Shown piece after piece: positions 17,718 through 27,837 of a stretch of DNA of 64,000 nt (position 1 is its first letter; the number at the start of each line of letters is the position of its first letter). The DNA lies in NCBI GenBank assembly GCA_018056375.1, contig JAGPFQ010000001.1:103995-167994 (forward strand), written 5' to 3'. The notes beneath the pieces are model-generated. The model was not told the origin of the DNA. It ran no database searches and saw only the letters and a program-made list of their open reading frames with translations. This DNA comes from Candidatus Dojkabacteria bacterium (lineage in GTDB: Bacteria; Patescibacteriota; Dojkabacteria; SC72). The position numbers were made by a program, and so were the translations under genes.

Positions 17718-20714
17718 ATGAAATATAGTATAGGTTTTTCTAATTCAAGAAGTCGAAGATATTCTCCTGCAAGGAGGAGGACTACTAAGAAAATGGTTGG
17801 AACTTCTTTCTCTGGTTTAGGGTTTGATAAGCATAAGCAAGTTAAGAAATACACTTCTAGGAATATAGGTAGCAAGAGAGTGAAAAGGAATGATAGTAAA
17901 GGTGGAAAGAATCCAGAATTTAAGAAGAAGCTGAAGAAGGCATTAGTTGTGTTTGTCGGAGTTTTATTCTTCTTTGGTTGTGCTGGATTAATTGGTGTTG
18001 GTATATATCTAAAGAAATTAGGTAATGCACTACCCTCTCCAGATAAGTTGGTTGATAGGAGTTCTGATCAGAGTACACAGATTTTTGATAGAAATGGTAG
18101 CTTGTTATATACAATCTATGGTGATCAAAACAGAGAATTTGTTTCTCTTGATAAGATTCCAGAGCATACTAGGAAGGCTGTTTTAGCTGCAGAAGATGCT
18201 GAGTTTTATCAGCATAGAGGTTTGGATTATTTGGGTATTGCAAAAGCCATAGTGTCTAGTGTTTTTGGTAAGCAGAGATTAAGGGGTGCTAGTACGATTA
18301 CACAACAGTTGGTAAAGAATACTATCCTAACAGATGTTTTAGGTGAGCAGGCAACAGAGAGGACTCTCTCTAGAAAGATAAAAGAAGCATTGATAACTAT
18401 GCAAGTTGAGCAGACTTTTACTAAAGATGAAATATTACAGATGTATATGAATGAGGTTGCTTTAGGAGGAGTTAACTATGGCTTTCAAGCTGCTGCTCAT
18501 TCGTATTTTGATAAAGATGTAAGTGAGTTGGATTTAGCAGAGAGTGCACTTCTGGCAGGATTAATTCAGAGTCCAGGTGCATATTCTCCTCTTTTTGGAA
18601 GTATGCCAGAGATGGCAAAAGTTAGACAAACTTATGTATTGGATCAATTAAAACAGAAACATAGAATTTTCGGTATTGATGATGAGGAGATTGAAAAGGC
18701 TATGGAACAGGAGCTGGTATATAGTTCAAGAAAGATTGACATTAAAGCTCCTCACTTTGTTTTTTATGTTAAAGGTGCATTAGAAGAAGAGTTTGGTACT
18801 GAGATGGTTGAGAGAGGTGGTCTTAAGGTAACAACAACTCTTGATCTTACCTTGCAGGATATAGCAGAGGAAGAGTTAATTAAGGGTGTTGATGCAAATA
18901 AGAGACGAAATGTTCACAACGGTGCTATGGTTGTTATGAATCCTAAGAATGGACAGGTTTTAGCTATGGTAGGCTCTAGAGACTATTGGAATACTCAAGA
19001 TCCTAGGGTGGATGGGAATGTTAACATTACTACTAGTATGAGACAGATGGGTTCGTCTGTTAAACCATTTGTATATCTAAATATGATTCAGCAAGGTTAT
19101 GGACCTTGGTTAGCTACACCAGATATTAAGGAGATTTCTTTTAATAAATATAGACCACCTAACTGGGACTTAAAGTATGGTGGTTTTATGCTTGCTAGAA
19201 AAGCTCTGGTTCAATCTAGGAATGTACCAACAGTGTATTCATTGCAATTGGGTGGTATAGATAACTATCTTCAACTTATGCAAAAACTTGGGATTCAAGG
19301 TATAGAAAATAAAGCGAGCTACGGTTTAAGTATGGGGCTTGGTTCCACAGAGATGAGAGTTTTAGACATGACTAATGCATATGCTACTTTAGCAAATAGT
19401 GGTGTTAGACATGAGACGACAACAGTTCTTAAGGTGGAAGATTCAAGAGGAAATGTTTTGAAGGAGTACAAAGAAAGTGAAGGGCAAAGAGTTATAGATG
19501 AAAAAGAAGCATATGTTACAAACTGGATGATTTGTGATTTAGATGAATTTGGTGATAGGTATGGAAGACATTACTTCTATATTGGTAAAAGGAAACTTTG
19601 TGGAAAGACAGGTACTAGTGATGGACCAAAGGACTTACTAGCATTCCAATACAATCAGAGTCTTGTTGTGGGCGTATGGAATGGTAATAATAATAATGAG
19701 GTTATGCCTGGTGGATGGTCTTCTACCATTTCTTTAAGTATTTCCAATGCATTCTTTAGAAGGGTGATAGATAACTATAATGAATTTAAGTACAATCGTC
19801 CTCCTGGCATTATAACAACAAAGGTATGTATTGATACTGGAGCTACACCTGCAGAGGGAGTTGAATGTAAAACGGAAGCCTCTATATATATTGCAGGAAG
19901 AGCTCCACAGATTGATAACAGAAAAAAGATTGAGATTTGTAAAGCTAATGGCTTAATGCCTACTAACTTAGAACAGGCAAAAAACCTAGGTCTTGTTGAT
20001 GTGAAAACATTACTCACAACCAAGTTAGAGAATGCTGCTCAAGAAGAAGCATATAAGAAATACCTCTTAGGACTTAAAGACAGCTCTTACATATTTGAGC
20101 TTCCTGAGGAAGGTCTTTGCCCTCTACCTTTGGGAGAAGGCAATGCGCCTGTTGTAGAGATTTCTAAACCAATATCTGGAGGGGAATTTGAAGCAGGGAA
20201 GAGTATTGAAATATCTGGTAATGTAAGATTTCTAGATTCTCTCTCTGCTTTTACTGTTACAGTTAATGGTGTTTCAGTTCCCGGAGTTGGAGTTGCTACA
20301 GTTAGGGCTGATGGTACTTTTGTTGTTAATTATGTAACTCCGTCTATCCCCACTCTAAATATTGTTGTTACAGCAAGAGATGCAGCTGGGAAAACAGATT
20401 CTAAGAGTGTGCAGATTCAAATGAAAGGATCGTCTTCTGCCAGTGTAAAGATAATAAAGCCTACAAATGGAAAGATAAGTAAAGGAGCAGAGATATTATC
20501 TACGGTGTCCGGAGGGAAAGCTGATAAGGTAATGTATAAATTTGGTGGAATTAACTATTCTCTTGATGCAGTAGAGGTTGCAGGTGGATGGAGTGGTATA
20601 TTCTCACCTCCTGATGGTTTAGTTTTAGGTAGTAAAAGAATTACAGTGAAAGCTATTGCCATGGTTAATGGTGTTGAGATTGAGAGTCCAACTGTTGAAT
20701 TAGTTGTACAGTAA
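17718..20714 (+). CDS. class A penicillin-binding protein (GT51 transglycosylase + transpeptidase) with ~300-aa C-terminal Ig-like repeat extension
   Basis: GT51 motif AVLAAEDAEFYQHRGLD; transpeptidase motifs SSVKP, SRN and KTGT; TM helix after a basic N-terminus. ATG at 17718; the track start is an upstream TTG. Confidence 0.85.
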   Translation: MKYSIGFSNSRSRRYSPARRRTTKKMVGTSFSGLGFDKHKQVKKYTSRNIGSKRVKRNDSKGGKNPEFKKKLKKALVVFVGVLFFFGCAGLIGVGIYLKKLGNALPSPDKLVDRSSDQSTQIFDRNGSLLYTIYGDQNREFVSLDKIPEHTRKAVLAAEDAEFYQHRGLDYLGIAKAIVSSVFGKQRLRGASTITQQLVKNTILTDVLGEQATERTLSRKIKEALITMQVEQTFTKDEILQMYMNEVALGGVNYGFQAAAHSYFDKDVSELDLAESALLAGLIQSPGAYSPLFGSMPEMAKVRQTYVLDQLKQKHRIFGIDDEEIEKAMEQELVYSSRKIDIKAPHFVFYVKGALEEEFGTEMVERGGLKVTTTLDLTLQDIAEEELIKGVDANKRRNVHNGAMVVMNPKNGQVLAMVGSRDYWNTQDPRVDGNVNITTSMRQMGSSVKPFVYLNMIQQGYGPWLATPDIKEISFNKYRPPNWDLKYGGFMLARKALVQSRNVPTVYSLQLGGIDNYLQLMQKLGIQGIENKASYGLSMGLGSTEMRVLDMTNAYATLANSGVRHETTTVLKVEDSRGNVLKEYKESEGQRVIDEKEAYVTNWMICDLDEFGDRYGRHYFYIGKRKLCGKTGTSDGPKDLLAFQYNQSLVVGVWNGNNNNEVMPGGWSSTISLSISNAFFRRVIDNYNEFKYNRPPGIITTKVCIDTGATPAEGVECKTEASIYIAGRAPQIDNRKKIEICKANGLMPTNLEQAKNLGLVDVKTLLTTKLENAAQEEAYKKYLLGLKDSSYIFELPEEGLCPLPLGEGNAPVVEISKPISGGEFEAGKSIEISGNVRFLDSLSAFTVTVNGVSVPGVGVATVRADGTFVVNYVTPSIPTLNIVVTARDAAGKTDSKSVQIQMKGSSSASVKIIKPTNGKISKGAEILSTVSGGKADKVMYKFGGINYSLDAVEVAGGWSGIFSPPDGLVLGSKRITVKAIAMVNGVEIESPTVELVVQ

Positions 20715-20718
20715 ACTC

Positions 20719-23202
20719 CTATTCTAATTTTGCGTCAAACTCTTTCTCTGTTGTGTTTTTGACATTCTCACTAATATCTTTTATATCCTTGTCATCAAGA
20801 GTTTTCTTATAATTACTACCATTAATTCTAAAAGTAATCTTTTTTCTTGTTAAATCATCTTTAGAAGCATATATATCTATACATTCAACTTTACCCCATA
20901 AATCCTTTTTGTTTATGACATTCCTAATCTTCTCCTCTATATCTCCACACTTAGCATCTCTTACTGTATTGAAACAAAAGTCTAAAGAATAACTAGGATA
21001 TATTGGTACATCTTTAAATGTATGTTTAGTGTCTTTAATATCCAACAATCGATTAAGATTGATATCAAAAGCACAACTGTAATCTCCAAGCTTAAAAGTT
21101 TCTTTCAAACTCTGTTTAAATTCCCCTAAAATACCAATGATTTCTTTTTCTACAACAACAAACGCAGTAACATTTGCATCAAACATAGTAAGCATAGGTT
21201 TAATATCTTCAGGTATATTTTGTTCTAAACTCTCAGCCATTAGAATATATTCTCTCTTACAATTTGATATATCTAAAACTCTTTCAACATATCTTTTTGC
21301 TAGATAGTACGGTGAGGAGTCGCTTTCTCTGTTAGTATTTATTACAGAAGCAAGATGCCAATCTTCTTTAGGTAAGGATGCGTCATCGACATATGTATTA
21401 ACATGTGGGATGTTAATTTCGAATAATCCAAACTCTTCAAACCCTCTATCTATATTGTTTTTCATTTTTTCTAAGATACTCTGCAGAAGAGTTATTCTCA
21501 TAATGGAGAGTTCAGGAGATAGAGCATTTTTAATCTTATATGCTAAATCTGGACTTAGATTACATTTTTCAAAATTCTGGAGTCCAGTAAAACTATATGT
21601 GAGGATTTCGTTGAGACCAAGTGAGGAGAGTGTACTTCTAATTTCTTTTTTGAATTCGAATATATGGTTACTCTTCCTTGCACTTATCTCCTTCTTTGGT
21701 AGTACGATGTTTGTATTTGCATACCCATGTATTCTAGCAATATCTTCGTGAATATCTTCTGGGATAGTTACATCTCTTCTCCAGCTAGGTACCTGAACTG
21801 TCATGAACTTTCCTGCAGAAGATGTAATTATGTATTCTAAATTTTCAAGTATCTTTTCTATCTCTTCCTTACTTAAGTCAGTTCCAATATGTCTATTTAA
21901 TCTTTCCGTATCGACAGTTATTACTTTTTCTGCATATGGAGTTGTGTATACATCAATAACTTCAGAGGCAACGGTACCATCTGCAAGTTCTTTTGTTAGT
22001 TCAATTGCTTTCAATATTGCAGGTAAGGAGGTTTCAGTATCAAGAGAATGTTTGTACTTGGTAGAAGCTTCTGTATATATACCTAAAGCCATTGAAGCTC
22101 TCCTTATACTGTTTTTATCAAATATTGCAGACTCGAATATAATTCTTTTTGTATTTGAATCTACGGAGGTATCTTTTCCACCTATTACTCCTGCTATTGC
22201 AAGGGGATGCATGCTATCTGCTATTACTATTACTCTATCATTAAGTTTGTGTACTTTATTATCTAAACCTACAATCTCTTCATTATCTCTTCCCATTCTT
22301 ACATGTATTTCTACCTTGTCACTTCTAGAAGGGTTTGCTTTAGCAATTTTGTCATAGTCAAAAGCATGGAGAGGTTGTGCAAACATTGCTGAGATGTAGT
22401 TGGTTATATCAATGATGTTGTTAATTGGTTTAATATCGAGTCTGATTAATTCTGACTTTAACCATAGTGGAGATTCTCGTACTTCTATATTATCCATGGC
22501 TATTGCTATATACCTAGGACAGAGAGCTTCTGCATCATTGACAACACTTAGATTTAAACAACTCTCTTTAGGTGTTACTGTAATTGTTTTGTTTGTATAC
22601 CATTCTGGACTTTCAAATCTCTTACCCATAGCAGCACTTAATTCTCTTGCTATTCCTACAATACCAAAAAGGTCTCCCCTATTTGTTAATGCTTTGTTTT
22701 CTATATCAATAATATAATCATCTAGACCGTAGTATTTTGCAAAACTCGTGCCAACTGGAGCATCTGCTGGTAGTTTTAGCACATGGTCATGGTTTGCCCC
22801 TATATTCAACTCTTTCTCAGAGCAAAGCATTCCGTTAGATAGAACTCCTCTTAATTTGACAGATTTAATTTTTACTGGTTCACTCTCTGTGTATATTGTG
22901 ATTGGTACACTGTATCCAGGTGGTATATACGCAACCTTATCACCTATCTCCAAACTTTTATCTCCTGCAACAACTTGTATCCTCTCTCCTTCTCCTATAT
23001 CTATTTGATAGACACCTAATTTTTCAGCATCAGGATGTTCTTTTTTCTCGACTATCTCTGCTACAACAATTCCTTCATAGTCTTTTTCCATATCGTGTGT
23101 ATATTCAACATTTCCAATATGCTTCTTTGCCAATTCAGCAACTTCTTCATTACTAATATCTATATCTAAAATTTTCTTTAATATTCCTGTTGTTACTTTC
23201 AT
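20719..23202 (-). CDS. pheT: phenylalanine--tRNA ligase beta subunit
   Basis: 827 aa. Its start overlaps the pheS stop (ATGA), and it sits directly downstream of pheS in the conserved operon. Confidence 0.88.
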   Translation of the reverse strand: MKVTTGILKKILDIDISNEEVAELAKKHIGNVEYTHDMEKDYEGIVVAEIVEKKEHPDAEKLGVYQIDIGEGERIQVVAGDKSLEIGDKVAYIPPGYSVPITIYTESEPVKIKSVKLRGVLSNGMLCSEKELNIGANHDHVLKLPADAPVGTSFAKYYGLDDYIIDIENKALTNRGDLFGIVGIARELSAAMGKRFESPEWYTNKTITVTPKESCLNLSVVNDAEALCPRYIAIAMDNIEVRESPLWLKSELIRLDIKPINNIIDITNYISAMFAQPLHAFDYDKIAKANPSRSDKVEIHVRMGRDNEEIVGLDNKVHKLNDRVIVIADSMHPLAIAGVIGGKDTSVDSNTKRIIFESAIFDKNSIRRASMALGIYTEASTKYKHSLDTETSLPAILKAIELTKELADGTVASEVIDVYTTPYAEKVITVDTERLNRHIGTDLSKEEIEKILENLEYIITSSAGKFMTVQVPSWRRDVTIPEDIHEDIARIHGYANTNIVLPKKEISARKSNHIFEFKKEIRSTLSSLGLNEILTYSFTGLQNFEKCNLSPDLAYKIKNALSPELSIMRITLLQSILEKMKNNIDRGFEEFGLFEINIPHVNTYVDDASLPKEDWHLASVINTNRESDSSPYYLAKRYVERVLDISNCKREYILMAESLEQNIPEDIKPMLTMFDANVTAFVVVEKEIIGILGEFKQSLKETFKLGDYSCAFDINLNRLLDIKDTKHTFKDVPIYPSYSLDFCFNTVRDAKCGDIEEKIRNVINKKDLWGKVECIDIYASKDDLTRKKITFRINGSNYKKTLDDKDIKDISENVKNTTEKEFDAKLE

Positions 23203-24239
23203 TTAAACTGTTCTAAGAAGTTAAGGTTAGAATCTCTAATATTTCTAATATCATTAATACCTTTCTTTATCATTAGTAGTCTATCCAGTCCAAAACCCCA
23301 TGCATATCCAGAGTAAGTATTTGGATCTATATCTGCTTCTCTTAAGACATTGGGGTGTATCATTCCGCAACCCATTAATTCTATCCAACCAGAATATCCA
23401 CAAACAGAACAACCTTTCTTTTCGCAGAAAGGACAACTGATGACAAATTCACAATCAGGTTCTGTAAAAGGAAAGAAAGCTGGTTGTATCTTGATTTCTA
23501 ATTCTTTCTCTAAGTATCTTTGTAGAAATTCTTTTATGGTTGCAATCATATTTCCTAGTGAAGCATCTTTATCAATATATATGCCTTCTATCTGGTGGAA
23601 AGTATGTTCATGACTAGCGTCTGTAGCTTCATTTCTAAAGCATCTGCCTGGTAGTACAACAGCTATTGGAGGAGGACCAAACATTTTTATAGCACGGTTT
23701 TGCATTGTTGAAGTGTGTGCAGGTAATATTAAACCATCTTCTGTCCAGAATGTGTCATACATATCTCTTGCAGGGTGTCCTAAAGGGAAGTTTAATGACT
23801 CAAACATGTGATAGTCATCATCAAGTTGTCTACTTTCCAGAACATCAAACCCCATACTGGTAAATATGTCTGTCCATCTTTCTATTTCTGTTGTTAGTGG
23901 ATGTTTTGCACCTCTTCTGTCTAGGAATTTAGGTCTATTCTCTTTATTCTCATTTAAATCAAAAGGTGCTGTTGGATCTATTTTTTCTTTAGTGGTGTAT
24001 GTATCAGGTGTTGCACTCTTTTCTTTGAGTATATCTCCTAAAAAGAGCTTTAATGCATTTGCTTCTTTACCGTACTCTCCTCTCTTCTCTTTCTCAATTC
24101 CAGATATTTTTCCAAAAGCAAGTGTCAAGAGACCATCTTTAGAAGAATATTTTTTCTTTAATTCTTCACTATCTAACTTATCTTTATCTTTTAGAAGAGA
24201 TTGATATATTTCTTCTAAATTTTTATTTTCGAAGTTCAT
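23199..24239 (-). CDS. pheS: phenylalanine--tRNA ligase alpha subunit
   Basis: Class II aaRS motifs: FRNE...HEHTFHQIEG and FFPFTEPDCE...GWIELMGCGMIHPNVL. Confidence 0.9.
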   Translation of the reverse strand: MNFENKNLEEIYQSLLKDKDKLDSEELKKKYSSKDGLLTLAFGKISGIEKEKRGEYGKEANALKLFLGDILKEKSATPDTYTTKEKIDPTAPFDLNENKENRPKFLDRRGAKHPLTTEIERWTDIFTSMGFDVLESRQLDDDYHMFESLNFPLGHPARDMYDTFWTEDGLILPAHTSTMQNRAIKMFGPPPIAVVLPGRCFRNEATDASHEHTFHQIEGIYIDKDASLGNMIATIKEFLQRYLEKELEIKIQPAFFPFTEPDCEFVISCPFCEKKGCSVCGYSGWIELMGCGMIHPNVLREADIDPNTYSGYAWGFGLDRLLMIKKGINDIRNIRDSNLNFLEQFK

Positions 24240-24258
24240 GCTTTTAGTATACTACATT

Positions 24259-24286
24259 TAAAAAAAAGGGACTACTAGTAGTCCCT
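24259..24286 (-). terminator. intrinsic terminator downstream of rplT (perfect 20-nt palindrome AGGGACTACTAGTAGTCCCT followed by T8 on the minus strand)
   Basis: The plus strand reads aaaaaaaagggactactagtagtccct. On the coding (minus) strand this is a GC-containing stem followed by a U-run. Confidence 0.6.
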
Positions 24287-24307
24287 AAAATACTTATTTA
24301 GTATCTC

Positions 24308-24646
24308 TTAAAGGGACTCTACAATCTTTGTAAATACTTCTGGATGATTTGTCCCTATATCTGCTAAGACCATTCTGTTTAGTTCAATATTCTTTTTCTT
24401 GAGTCCTGCTATGAAATCTTTGTACTGAATATTATTGTTCTTGCAAGCAGCATTAATTTTTGCAATCCAGACTCTTCTTAATTCAGAACCTCTTCTTTGT
24501 CTATGGTTATATGCATATTGTCCTGCATGCATATATGCCTCGTGAGCAACTTTGTAAAGTCTGCTCTTAGTCATTCTGTATCCTTTAGTCTTTGATAGGA
24601 TCTTGTTGTGCTTTCTTTTTCTTACGATTCCACCTTTAACTCTCAT
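24308..24646 (-). CDS. rplT: 50S ribosomal protein L20
   Basis: MRVKGGIVRKRKHNKIL..KGYR...; 112 aa; conserved operon position. Confidence 0.9.
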   Translation of the reverse strand: MRVKGGIVRKRKHNKILSKTKGYRMTKSRLYKVAHEAYMHAGQYAYNHRQRRGSELRRVWIAKINAACKNNNIQYKDFIAGLKKKNIELNRMVLADIGTNHPEVFTKIVESL

Positions 24647-24658
24647 GTTTCTTTATAA

Positions 24659-24871
24659 CTAGATATTAACGATTTTTTTAATTAATCTCTTCTTTATTGT
24701 TTTATCAACCTCTTTACTATCGAGCATCCTTCTTTTTGCTCTTCTACTTTTCTTTGTTTTAAGATGTCCCTGATGGCTTTGCTTGTACTGAAGCACACCA
24801 CTCTTATGCCCTCTGGGTTTAGACATCTTCACCCTCTTTTTTGCTGTTTTGTTTGTTTTTTGTCTTGCCAT
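24659..24871 (-). CDS. rpmI: 50S ribosomal protein L35
   Basis: Very basic 70-aa protein (MARQKTNKTAKKRVK...KKSRRAKRR) between infC and rplT. Its 5' end overlaps the infC 3' end by 53 nt in another frame. Confidence 0.8.
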   Translation of the reverse strand: MARQKTNKTAKKRVKMSKPRGHKSGVLQYKQSHQGHLKTKKSRRAKRRMLDSKEVDKTIKKRLIKKIVNI

Positions 24872-25400
24872 CTGGTTTAAATGTTAAGAAAATATATCTT
24901 CCCTCACTTACAGGTTCGGGCTCGATACTACTATAATCTGTGAAATTAGTCAATATCTCATTGAAAACTTCGATTGCTTGCTCTTTTGGTATCCTCCCTT
25001 TCCTAAACATAGTTATCTTAACAGGATAACCTTTTTTCAAATATTCTTTTGCTCTTTTAACTCTATGTGCAATATCTCCTTTATCGATAACTGCTGTAAA
25101 TCTAAACTCTTTTGTATCTTTAACTTTACCTTTTTTTCCACTCTTAGCTTTCTTCTCTTGTAAATACATATATTTAGCATAGTCCATTATTTTACACACA
25201 GGTGGTTGTACACCTGGACCAACTTCTACAAGGTCTAAGCCCTTTTCTTCAGCGATCTCTAGAGCTTTTTCTGTTTTTACGACACCTAGGTTCTCCCCCT
25301 TCTCATCAATTAATTGTACTTCATTGACCCTAATATATTGATTTTTTCTAGGACCAAACTTTTTTCTCATCTCTTTCTCTCTCTTAGCATCAAAAGCCAT
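24819..25400 (-). CDS. infC: translation initiation factor IF-3
   Basis: IRVNEVQLIDEKGENLGVV at the N-terminus; conserved thrS-infC-rpmI-rplT order. Confidence 0.85.
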   Translation of the reverse strand: MAFDAKREKEMRKKFGPRKNQYIRVNEVQLIDEKGENLGVVKTEKALEIAEEKGLDLVEVGPGVQPPVCKIMDYAKYMYLQEKKAKSGKKGKVKDTKEFRFTAVIDKGDIAHRVKRAKEYLKKGYPVKITMFRKGRIPKEQAIEVFNEILTNFTDYSSIEPEPVSEGRYIFLTFKPDGKTKNKQNSKKEGEDV

Positions 25401-25421
25401 GATATATTTATATTTTTAAAT

Positions 25422-27221
25422 TTAATTACTATCCTCTTCCTCTAAAGGAGTAAAAGGTTCTTTGGTTCTAATTTCTTCTTTAAGACTATCTATGAATTCT
25501 TGAACTTTCATCAAACCTTCAGATTTATTCTTTCTAGATCTAACAGATATTGTTTCAGTCTCAATCTCTTTATCTCCAACGACTACAATGTAAGGGATTT
25601 TCATCTTCTCTGCATCTCTAATTCTTGACTGCATACTCTTTGTTCTAGCATCTAACTTAACTCTTAGGTCTGCATTTTTGAAGTCTTCATACACACTTTG
25701 AGCATATTCATGATGTTTATCTGAAATTGGAATTACATATACCTGTTCAGGAGTAAACCATAGAGGGAAATCACCTCCGTGAGTTTCAATTAAAAATGCA
25801 AAGAATCTCTCAAAGGATCCAATTATTGCTCTATGGATTACAAAAGGTTCTTGTTCAACTCCTTCATCATCAATATATTTAATATTAAATCTCTGAGGTA
25901 GATTGAAATCTAGTTGAACTGTTGAAACAGAGTCTTCCTTTCCAAAGACATTGACTGCTTGTACATCTATTTTAGGACCGTAGAAAGCCGCATCTCCTGG
26001 CATCTCTTCAAATTCTGCTTCCCTATCAGTCAGAACCTTTCGTAGAGTGTCTTCAGCTATCTTCCATCTCTCAGGGTCTCCTGCATACTTCTTAGGATTA
26101 GCTTCTTTATCAGATAGTGATAATCTAAATTTATACTTGATAAAACCAACATCTTTGTAGAAGATATGGAACATATCTAATACTTCGTGTATAGATGCTT
26201 CTAGTTGTTCAGGAGTACAGAAGATGTGAGCATCATTCTGAGTAAAACCTCTAACCCTTTGTAGTCCTTGTAGCTCCCCACTCTTCTCATATCTGTAGAC
26301 GGTACCAAATTCTCCAAGTTTGTAAGGAAGGTCTCTGTAACTCTTAGGTTCGAGATTGTAAACCATCATTCCTGCTGGGCAGTTCATTGGTTTGAGATAG
26401 TAGACTTCATCATCAACAACCATTGGTGGATACATTGAATCTTTGTAAAAACCTAAATGTCCAGAAGTTTCAAACAATACTTCCCTATTAATATGTGGTG
26501 TTAAGATGTGTTGATATCCATAATCTCTTTCTAATCTAATGACATAGTCTTCTAGGATTCTTCTCATGGTATATCCTCTTGGTAACCAAACAGGAAGACC
26601 TTGTCCTATCTCTGTAATTATTGCAAAGAGTTCTAATTGCTTGCCTATCTTCCTATGATTCCTGTTCTCTAATTCCTCTTGATTTTTAAGGAAAGTATTT
26701 AGCTCATTTTCTGTATCAAAAGCTGTACCATATATTCTAGTTAACATCTTCTTTGTTTCATCACCTCTCCAGTATGCTCCTGCAGTTTTTGTTAATTTGA
26801 CAGCACCAATATCCTTTGTTGTTGGAACATGGGGTCCTCTACAAAGGTCTGCAAACTCATTCTCTCCCGTGATGTAGAAGCTCAATTCATCTCCTTCTAT
26901 ATCCTCCATCAATTCAAGCTTGTATGTCTGTTCTGTCTTTTTGTAATATTCGATAGCATCTTTTCTACTCATGGATACCTGTGTGATTGGTAATCCCCTC
27001 TTAATTATCTTCTTCATCTCTTTCTCTATCTTTTTCAAATCACCTTCTTCAATTGGTTCACTAAATTCAAAGTCATAGTAAAAACCATTTTCAATTGCTG
27101 GCCCTATTCCTAATTTGGCATCAGGGTAGAGTTTTAATACTGCATGAGCTAGTACATGGGATGCAGAGTGTCTCATACTTTCTAAATATTCTTCATATTG
27201 TTGTTTTTCTTCATTTTCCAT
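25422..27221 (-). CDS. thrS: threonine--tRNA ligase (no N-terminal TGS domain)
   Basis: Starts in the N2/editing region (SHVLAHAV), followed by a class II catalytic core and anticodon-binding domain; 599 aa. Confidence 0.9.
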   Translation of the reverse strand: MENEEKQQYEEYLESMRHSASHVLAHAVLKLYPDAKLGIGPAIENGFYYDFEFSEPIEEGDLKKIEKEMKKIIKRGLPITQVSMSRKDAIEYYKKTEQTYKLELMEDIEGDELSFYITGENEFADLCRGPHVPTTKDIGAVKLTKTAGAYWRGDETKKMLTRIYGTAFDTENELNTFLKNQEELENRNHRKIGKQLELFAIITEIGQGLPVWLPRGYTMRRILEDYVIRLERDYGYQHILTPHINREVLFETSGHLGFYKDSMYPPMVVDDEVYYLKPMNCPAGMMVYNLEPKSYRDLPYKLGEFGTVYRYEKSGELQGLQRVRGFTQNDAHIFCTPEQLEASIHEVLDMFHIFYKDVGFIKYKFRLSLSDKEANPKKYAGDPERWKIAEDTLRKVLTDREAEFEEMPGDAAFYGPKIDVQAVNVFGKEDSVSTVQLDFNLPQRFNIKYIDDEGVEQEPFVIHRAIIGSFERFFAFLIETHGGDFPLWFTPEQVYVIPISDKHHEYAQSVYEDFKNADLRVKLDARTKSMQSRIRDAEKMKIPYIVVVGDKEIETETISVRSRKNKSEGLMKVQEFIDSLKEEIRTKEPFTPLEEEDSN

Positions 27222-27396
27222 ATATATAATTCAAAAATATTAATTAAAAGAAATATGTATGTGTTTGTTTGGAAAAATACACATTAAAAGCTGTGTGTTG
27301 TAAAAACTATTCTATTTAGTTTTGATTTGTTTATACCGTATATTTTGTACACTGTACGTATTTTATATTTTTAATCTCTTTTTTGCAACTAGATAC

Positions 27397-27837
27397 CTAT
27401 GGTTGTGTTGTTGATAACAGATGTTCTTGTACTTTCTCAAGTACAATTCGTAAATCATCAAATGTAACTTGTTGCATAGCCTCTTCTAATGTAAACCATT
27501 TTCCTTCCAAATGCTCTGCACTCATCTCTTTTGTTGCTTTTAAGTTATCATCAAGAAGTTTAAAAAGATAGAAGGTTACAGTCTTCTCTATTTTTTCTCC
27601 TGTATTAGGATGTGTAAATGAGTATTGATGAGTATATAGTGGTTTTTGAAGAATGATTTCTATATTTTGATAACCTGTCTCTTCTTGTATCTCTCTTTTA
27701 GCAGCTGTTATCTTATCTTCCCCCTCCTCTATTCCTCCTTTAGGGAGAACCCATTCATCTCTAACTATTTGGTGAAGTAAATATACCTCATGCTTATTAT
27801 TAACTAAAACACCACCTGCGGAAAAATGTTTTTTCAT
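27397..27837 (-). CDS. NUDIX hydrolase
   Basis: Nudix box GGIEEGEDKITAAKREIQEETG. Confidence 0.8.
   Translation of the reverse strand: MKKHFSAGGVLVNNKHEVYLLHQIVRDEWVLPKGGIEEGEDKITAAKREIQEETGYQNIEIILQKPLYTHQYSFTHPNTGEKIEKTVTFYLFKLLDDNLKATKEMSAEHLEGKWFTLEEAMQQVTFDDLRIVLEKVQEHLLSTTQP

Noticed and set aside
21410-23156. Multiple 80-184-aa plus-strand ORFs inside pheT, and similar antisense ORFs inside the PEP-utilizing enzyme gene (11800..12450), the AI-2E gene (11002..11484), rarA (36513..36914), mraY (41398..41943), mraZ/rsmH (45096..45638), pyk (53398..54669), ctpA (58312..58947) and others.
   Set aside because: These are shadow ORFs opposite well-supported conserved genes. They are S/L/F-rich, as expected from antisense reading of AT-rich coding DNA.
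27222-27396. Possible T-box or leader upstream of thrS.
   Set aside because: The ~175-nt spacer is too short, and I could not find a specifier loop or the T-box consensus (AATTAGGGTGGNACCGCG-like). Only a weak 5-bp hairpin was seen.
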